NCBI GenBank assembly: GCA_951406725.2
Contig: OX597814.1
Span: 17,856,001-17,920,000, forward strand
Direction: 5' to 3'
DNA length: 64,000 nt
DNA from: Octopus vulgaris
Lineage: Eukaryota
Shown here one piece after another: positions 56,198-64,000 of this stretch. The notes under the pieces were generated by a model. The model searched no databases. It saw nothing but the letters and a program-made list of their open reading frames with translations, and had not been told where the DNA came from. Made by a program: the position numbers and the translations under genes. The stretch's first letter is position 1. Every line of letters starts with the position of its first letter.

Positions 56198-57812
56198 CGT
56201 GCGTGCGCTTGTATGTATGTATGTACTTATATATAAACCATAATAAAGTTCGTGTATTTTTATGGTTTTCTGCGCGAAAATATCAAAGGTATCCCCATTA
56301 AAAAGCAAGAAAGTGTGTGAGCGTGTATGTGTGCGTATGTATGTGTGCCTGTGTGTGTGTGTGTGTGTGCATGTGTATGTGTGCCTCTGTGTGCATGTAT
56401 GTGTGTGTGTGTGTGTGTGTGCCTGCGTATATGTGCCTGTGTGTGTGCGTGGGCGTTTGGTAAGTATACTATTAATCTGACACTTCCACCTCGGCTTCAC
56501 GTCCACGAAAGATCCCCACCGAATTCACTCGAATTAACATCCGGCATCAAACAATTCTATGGATTTAACGATATCCGTACTAAAAAAATATTAATAAAAC
56601 AACGTACGCTCACACCACAAGCATGTGCACGCGAGCACACACACACACATACTTTATGCCGGTATTTTAAATGTGAATATATATAAGAACTTATAAAAAA
56701 GCTGGTATATCCGAGTGATCAAAAATGTACGTTCTGTGGCTAAGTAGTCCTGAGTTTGCTTCTAGATCACTTGGGAAAGTGAGCTTAATTCTAGCCTTTA
56801 AGAGGACAAATGCTTTGTGTTATCTCAAAGATAGAAACTATACTTAAAGCCATCGCACATCGTTCATATAGGTGTATATATTTATATATACATTTTGAAA
56901 AATACCTCTTCTTTTTGAATTTAATATAAGCACCGATGGAGAAAGAGTGAAGACAAATACGTCCTCCGATTGCTTTTTAGTTGTTTCAAATGTACTTTGA
57001 AAATATGTCTTACCTTACGTTTCTTAACTAATTAACAATGTACTCGTATTATTTTTGCGTTCTTTTCGAGAGTGCTTTGGCTTTTTGCATTTTATATTTT
57101 GTACTTTATGCTATGTATTATATAATAAAAGGTGTAGTTATAATTTACATATTTGTAAATAGCTGCCTTCGAAAATTTCTAACATTATTTTTCAAACGAT
57201 TTTTGAATTTTTATTGTTGTTCTTTCACCCCAGTTTAGCGCATCTATGATAACAAACTTTATAGCTTGACTATCCTGTATAATTTCTATATGTAAAGATA
57301 CCCAAGAACGCCTATTTCACTGTGGGATGTGGTCTGAGAGAGATTTGCTTGATATTTCTAGCAGAATGCGTAACTACACAGAAGCTCACTCTTGACTAAT
57401 GCGTGATGTTGCCAAGTCCGAATCCACTATTATTTCGAAGTTTTCCAGCCGTAACCACCTAATACATCGAGTAGTATATTATTCAATGTTATCTTCATTT
57501 CTTTATTTGTTTGCTAATTCTACGAATCGAATGACCTTACAACAGTTCTCCTCGACCCATGTTATATTCTGTTTAAGAAGTCATATTTCAATGATCAGCC
57601 TCAACTGTAATCACACGACATCAATAAAGAGTTCTGCTTTAGAGTGAAAGAGGGAACGGTACCTCTCTCTCTATAGTTACTTGGCCTGCAAGAAATAGCA
57701 GTGATATTCCAAATTGTTGTCTTCAAAGAAGAAAGAACATATCTGATAATTTCGTCGAAGAAGCACTATATCTCAAATATTTAAATGGGTTAGTCACCGA
57801 TGGATCATCCTT

Positions 57813-57880
57813 GATCAATACTGGCCTTCGATTAGTACTGACCTTGGGTTAGTACTGACCTTGGATCAGTACTAACCTTT
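57813..57880. repeat. 17-bp tandem repeat, 4 degenerate units
   Basis: gatcaatactggccttc / gattagtactgaccttg / ggttagtactgaccttg / gatcagtactaaccttt. Confidence 0.8.
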
Positions 57881-57967
57881 GATTCAACACTAGAGACAAC
57901 ACACCACCAAAAGTTCTCTTAAACTGCATACACAATACAATCGGCAAATATATATATAACATTATTA

Positions 57968-58498
57968 AGGCGGCGAGCTGGCAGAAACGTTAGCGCGCCG
58001 GGCGAAATGCTTAGCGGTATTTCGTCTGCCGCTACGTTCTGAGTTCAAATTCCGCCGAGGTCGACTTTGCCTTTCATCCTTTCGGGGTCGATAAATTAAG
58101 TACCAGTTACGCAGTTGTCCCCTTGTGGGTAATAAAGAAATAGGTATTTCGTCTGTCGTTGCGTTGTGAGTTCAAATTCCGCCGAGGTCGACTTTGCCTT
58201 TCATCCTTTCGGGGTCGATGAATAAAGTACCAGTTTCGCACTGGGGTCGAGGTAATCGACTTAATACCTATGTCTGTCCTTGTTTGTCCCCTCTGTGTTT
58301 AGCCCCTTGTGGGTAATAAAGAAATAGGTATTTCGTCTGTCGTTCAAATTCCGCCGAGGTCGACTTTGCCTTTCATCCTTTCGGGATTGATAAATTAAGT
58401 ACCAGTTACGCACTGCGGTCGATGTAATCGACTTAATCCCTTTGTCTGTCCTTGTCTGTCCCCTCTATGTTTAGCCCCTTGTGGGCAATAAAGAAATA
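57968..58498 (+). mobile_element. Head-to-tail trimer of SINE family C
   Basis: One head (AGGCGGCGAGCTGGCAGAAAC); units 2 and 3 restart at GGTATTTCGTCTG (58143, 58327), each after an AATAAAGAAATA tail. Confidence 0.92.
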
Positions 58499-58505
58499 TA
58501 TATTA

Positions 58506-58733
58506 TATTCTTTTATTCTCTTTTACTTGTTTCAGTCATTTGACTGCGGCCATGCTGGAGCACCGCCTTTAGTCGAGCAAATCGACCCCGGGACTTATTC
58601 TTTGTAAGCCCAGTACTTATTCTATCGGTCTCTTTTGCTGAGTCGCTAAGTGACGGGGACGTAAACACACCCGCATCGGTTGTCAAGCAATGCTAGGGAG
58701 ACAAACACAGACACACAAACACATACACACACA

Positions 58734-58815
<82 letters not shown>

Positions 58816-58981
58816 TACGACAGGCTTCTTTCAGTTTCCATCTACCAAATCCACTCACAAAGCATTGGTCGGCCCGGGGCTACAGCAGAAGACACTTACC
58901 CAAGATGCCACGCAGTGGGACTGAACCCGGAACCATGTGGTTGGTTAGCAAGCTACTTACCACACAGCCACTCCTGCGCCT
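58506..58981 (-). mobile_element. Full-length SINE family B, tail-to-tail with the family C trimer
   Basis: Matches the family throughout. Confidence 0.92.
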
Positions 58982-59499
58982 TATTTATAGATTATATACT
59001 TATTTATAGATTATATACTTATAGATTATATACTTATGTATTTGATTCACATGAATTAACCGGAGGATATAGAAAAATTACGTGTCTAGTACACGACGCT
59101 TTGAGATTGAACGTATGGCCTCGTTTTTCCGAAGCAAACCTTTTAACTATTCAGCCATATTACGCCTATTGTTGCCAGAATAGCTGGTTAAAGGCAGAAG
59201 GGAGGGGGAGATAATCCAAATGCCGGGATATTACCATGGCTACTACTACTACTACTACTACTACTGTTTTTAGCAAAACGCTTTTCCATTCAGTAACAAT
59301 CACCATAATCATGACTATCGACATAAGGACCACTTTTGCTATTCTCCTAAGAATAGTGAGGGGAAAAAAAAATGAAACAAAAATAACATAATGATATGAA
59401 CCATATCAGTAACAGCATCGATCCACCGACACCGTTGTCAACAACCACAACGACTACAACAATAACAACAATGATAGGCGCAGCACTGACAGTGACACC

Positions 59500-59532
<33 letters not shown>

Positions 59533-59643
59533 GCGTATAAAAAAACAATTAAGATTATAAAAAATGAGGCCAAGATTGCTACTGTGACGACCTCAACTGC
59601 TGCTTGGAATCGCAAGAAGAACAAGAACGATATTAATAATAAA

Positions 59644-59687
<44 letters not shown>

Positions 59688-60247
59688 ACGATGGTTAATA
59701 TTAACGATAATATTTATTCGTCAAAACAATAACAAAATGCCCAAAGAATAAATACATAAAAACAAAAGAACAACAAAAAAAAAAAACGTGTAGAGCGAAA
59801 AAAAAAAAAAAAAGGAAAGCAAAGTTGTAACTTGAAAAGTCGAACAGTGATTTTGAATGGTCCTTGATAAAAAGAATACCCCAGGTTTGCGACAAAAGAG
59901 TTTCTCACCCGACCACCAACAACCCGACACACCACTAACAACAACATCAACCTTATCACACACTCTTTCAGAATTTCTCTTCTCTTTATCTTGTCTCTCT
60001 TGTTCTCTCTTTCTTTTTTTTTTCGTGCTCTCTCGCTTATTCTTTTTTTTTTTTCTCTTCTTTCTATCATTCAAATCAGAAAGCTGACATGAAAACGAAA
60101 ATTTGACAAGTGCTAAAGCTTTTGAACACTTCAATCTTTTTTTTTAATTTTTTTACTTTCTTTCTTCTCTTGATAAGGCGACAACCCGACTTTTTTCTTA
60201 AGTTTACCGAATAGCTGTGTGTGGCATATATCCTTTTCATATTTGAC

Positions 60248-60290
<43 letters not shown>

Positions 60291-60300
60291 TATATATAAA

Positions 60301-60337
<37 letters not shown>

Positions 60338-60346
60338 AGTGTGTGT

Positions 60347-60400
<54 letters not shown>

Positions 60401-60586
60401 GTTTCTGTTTATACAGGTGAGTGTTTGTGTGTGTGAGTGTGTGTGTGCGTATGTGTGTTTAAGGAAGAAATAGCTCTTTTTATTCTTAAGAGTATATATT
60501 TTTTATACACAGGGCGAAAATACGGTATTTCGGGTTAAGAATTTACAATAATTTTGTTAAAAACCATTATTACATACACACACACA

Positions 60587-60654
<68 letters not shown>

Positions 60655-60655
<1 letters not shown>

Positions 60656-60875
60656 TAGGATATATGGGTATTATATGTGACCTCGTCTGTACCACTAGCG
60701 ATTTTTCCCCTTGTCTTCCCTTCTCGGGATCTTTCCTTCTCCTATGTTTCCGACGAAGAGCTCCGCTCGAAACGTCAAACCCTCCTTCTTCTCTTCTTTC
60801 CTGAGCGTCCAATAATACTTTATTTGTTCCACGTCCTTACGTTGTTGTGTTTTTTTTGTTTTCTTGTTCGGGTTA

Positions 60876-60880
<5 letters not shown>
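60655..60880 (+). mobile_element. Small microsatellite-flanked element with a hammerhead-like motif at 60746-60780
   Basis: GTTT CCGACGA A GAGC-TCC-GCTC GAAA C GTC AAAC. Confidence 0.7.
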
Positions 60881-60910
<30 letters not shown>

Positions 60911-61285
60911 GCACACACGCACAGATATATGTGCTAAGCTCTATGTATATTTTGTCAGGTATTCATTCATATATCACAGTCTACATTTATTCTCCGATTC
61001 ATTTAAATACTTAATTCATACTGCTGCACCCCGTCTCTAGATTTCTTTCTTCCCTTCTGTGCAGAGGTATATGCATAGTTAACACATTACAACACATACA
61101 GATAATCAGACAAGTTAGTAAAAAGTGGAAAAACAGGTAACAAGCAACACTAGGTTGGTTCCTTCCTCTTAGCTTACATTTTCTTGTTTTAATATATGCT
61201 TTCATATGAATTTAAAAAGTCGAGGTATGATACGTATAGCTTGAAGCTAATTTTCTTCCTATGCCACGATCCCTGGATCTAAACA

Positions 61286-61354
<69 letters not shown>

Positions 61355-61356
<2 letters not shown>

Positions 61357-61557
61357 CGGAAAGCTTTATGAAAATAAACAAAAGACGAAGGCAGGTGGAG
61401 TACAAACAAACAATTGTATTAGTATGGCGCTCAGGAATAGAAATAAAACAAGTCTTTTACGTTTCGAGCCTACGCTCTTCAACAGAAAGATACACAGAAA
61501 AGAAACACGGAGAGAAACAAGGAGAGAAAAAAATGCGTGCAGAAGTTAGCGATTCAA
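61355..61557 (-). mobile_element. Small microsatellite-flanked element with a hammerhead-like motif at 61453-61490
   Basis: Reverse complement: TCTTT CTGTTGA A GAGC-GTAG-GCTC GAAA C GTA AAAGA. Confidence 0.65.
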
Positions 61558-61565
61558 TACATACA

Positions 61566-61599
<34 letters not shown>

Positions 61600-61936
61600 C
61601 ATACATACATACATACATACATACATACATACATACATACATACATACATACATACATCCATACATACATACATACACACACACATACATACATACATAC
61701 ATACATACATACATACATACATACATACATACATACATACATACATACATAAGAAGGGGAATATTCCTTGTGTTGCATGTCTTGTACTCTGTTTTTTCGT
61801 TTTTTGAAAAAAAGTTCGTTTCCTTGTTTTTGTTTTTGTGTTTTCGTTTCTCATTGTGTTCAACGTTTTTTTGATGTCCTGTACCCATATAGATCTAGGT
61901 ATGTACATATAATTTATGTATATATGCATATATTTA

Positions 61937-61981
<45 letters not shown>

Positions 61982-62518
61982 CTAATGTAGGATAAAAATT
62001 TTTCGAAAAAAAATTTTTGGGGATGGCAAGCATATCAAAAAATACCTTTAAAGGTTAAATTTATAAATAACTTACAAAATAGGGGCAAAAGAAAAATTCT
62101 AATGCCAAATATGCCGAATATCGCACGAATCATTAAGCCACAATCGGACCGATATAATGCAGGCAATCATACATACATACATTCGAACACACACATTTAG
62201 ATGCATGCATATACATATAATTACATCTATATTCTTTGCGCTTTTGTAATACACACACACACTAAATTCAGAAATACATCGATTATAGGACTATATAGAT
62301 TTTGTTTTGCTTTGTTTCTTTTGTTTCTGGTTTCAACATTTTCCATCCACTTCTTTCTTTAGCCTTTGTTTCATGTGTCACTACAAATGTGGTCCGTATG
62401 GCAGGCAGCTTAGCTTGTTTTAAAAAAAGCAAGCTTGTTTGTGTGACCTGGACATCAACCATTACCAGCATTGCTTTCAACAGCCACTAAAAATCATTGC
62501 TACAGATACCACTATTAA

Positions 62519-62541
62519 CTGCTGCTGCTGCTACTACTACA

Positions 62542-62608
<67 letters not shown>

Positions 62609-62633
62609 CTGCTGCTGCTACTGCTGCTACTAC
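62519..62633. repeat. (GCT)n(ACT)n compound microsatellite
   Basis: Directly visible; gives poly-Tyr and poly-Thr ORF artefacts. Confidence 0.95.
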
Positions 62634-63079
62634 CTGTCAATGCCATTCCTCAATGAAAATCCACTTAATTCTAGCTTTGTCAAATAGTTGAACGCATGAA
62701 GAGCCAATACTAAATCATATCGATGAAAACACACACACACACTCACACACACACATGCGCGTGTGTGTGCCAGATAAAATACAATTCAAATTGGTCTGAA
62801 TCGGTAAAACTTGGAATATTTTGAAAAAAGCGAAAGAACGAGCGCTGTGAAACTGGTGTGCGAAATAGAGAATCTAACGTTTCGGAAAGAGTTCTTCATT
62901 TTAACGATGACAGCAAAGAAATAAAAGGAAAATAAAGTTTCACACCATGAAAAGGACTCTGTCCGAAACATTGGATAATCCACTCTCCACAAAATATCCC
63001 TGCATATGTTGTGTGTGTGTGCGTGTGTGTGTAGCTAATCAAATATATTTTTGAGACAGAATATCTATATTTATGCTCA

Positions 63080-63215
63080 ACAACATGGTTCCGGGTTCAT
63101 TCCTACTGCGTGGCACCTTGGGCAAGTGTCTTCTACTATGGCCTCGGGCCGACCAAAACCTTGTGAGTGAATTTTGTGAACGGAAACTGAAAGAAGTCCG
63201 TCGTATATATATATA

Positions 63216-63246
<31 letters not shown>

Positions 63247-63506
63247 AAATATGTATATATATATATATGTATGTATGTATGTATGTGTGTGTATATGTTT
63301 GTGTCTGTGTTTGTCCCTCCAACATCGCTTGACAACCGATGGTGGTGTGTTTACGTCCCCGTGACGTAGCGATTCGGCAAAAAAGATTGATAGAATAAGT
63401 AATAGGCTTACAAAGAATTAAGTCCTGGGGTCGATTTGCTCGACTAAAAGGCGGTGCTCTAGCATGGTCGCAGTCAAATGACTGAAACGAGTAAAAGTGT
63501 AAAAGG
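63080..63506 (+). mobile_element. SINE family B in sense orientation, lacking the first part of the head
   Basis: Begins at acatggttccgggttca, missing GTGGCTGTGTGGTAAGT; ends gagtaaaagtgtaaaag. Confidence 0.9.
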
Positions 63507-64000
63507 GTATATATTACGTTTCTAATTTAGCTTCAAATTTTCATTTTCAGTAATATTTATCATGTTTTGTACTATTAGCTTTACCATTTGCCTTATCGAA
63601 TAAGTTATACGTAGTGGTCTGTTACTATCTTTTGTTGATGTTATGAAGAGGATGTAGCTCTATAGCTGAAGTCATGAGTTAAATAAAGCTTAACGCTTCC
63701 AAGAGTTGTGTACTGTTAAGCATTTCCTGTTTATTTTGGCAGCCATCAGTGTTGTTCAAATGATAAACCTGTTGATCCATCATTTCTCTGTGCTATAAGA
63801 GATCGCAACAAATGGTGAACTTTCAGTATGATATACATACAAGCATTCTTCGAAATAATAAACACACTTGAAGTTATGACATCATCGGTGAACATTTGCT
63901 TGAGAGAAGAGAGATCAAGGGAGAAATACTCAGGTAGAAGGAATGAATAAGATGGATTAAGAGAATGAGAGACAAACACAAAACACAAAGACGAATAGAT

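Noticed and set aside
62300-62490. Pyrimidine tract with AG and a TGGTTTCAA, as a possible VWFQN exon
   Set aside because: TGGTTTCAA lies in the tract and reads WFQH; the sequence after the AG stops early in phase 0 and lacks NRRSKERR.

Overview
AT-rich eukaryotic DNA dense in microsatellites and SINEs; the repeat content suggests an octopus (coleoid cephalopod) genome, which is an inference. The window appears to lie inside one large + strand LIM-homeobox gene (Lhx1/5, Lim1). The only clear host coding exon is 40288-40871 (Asn-rich linker plus homeodomain residues 1-46). A frame-compatible 24-nt microexon candidate sits at 38409-38432. The LIM-domain exons and the VWFQN exon were not found by eye, implying introns of >38 kb and >23 kb. 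The introns carry four SINE families (several with target-site duplications), Helitron/Helentron-like elements, an internally deleted mariner, a fold-back element, an RLE-LINE relic and two Penelope-like GIY-YIG relics. Highlights: nine hammerhead-ribozyme-like motifs plus one half-motif from at least four small element families, including an A3-U8 core variant shared by both Penelope relics; strong antisense bias of one SINE family; and hairpins flanking the microexon. Nearly all listed ORFs are microsatellite or SINE artefacts. Repeat boundaries without TSDs are approximate.
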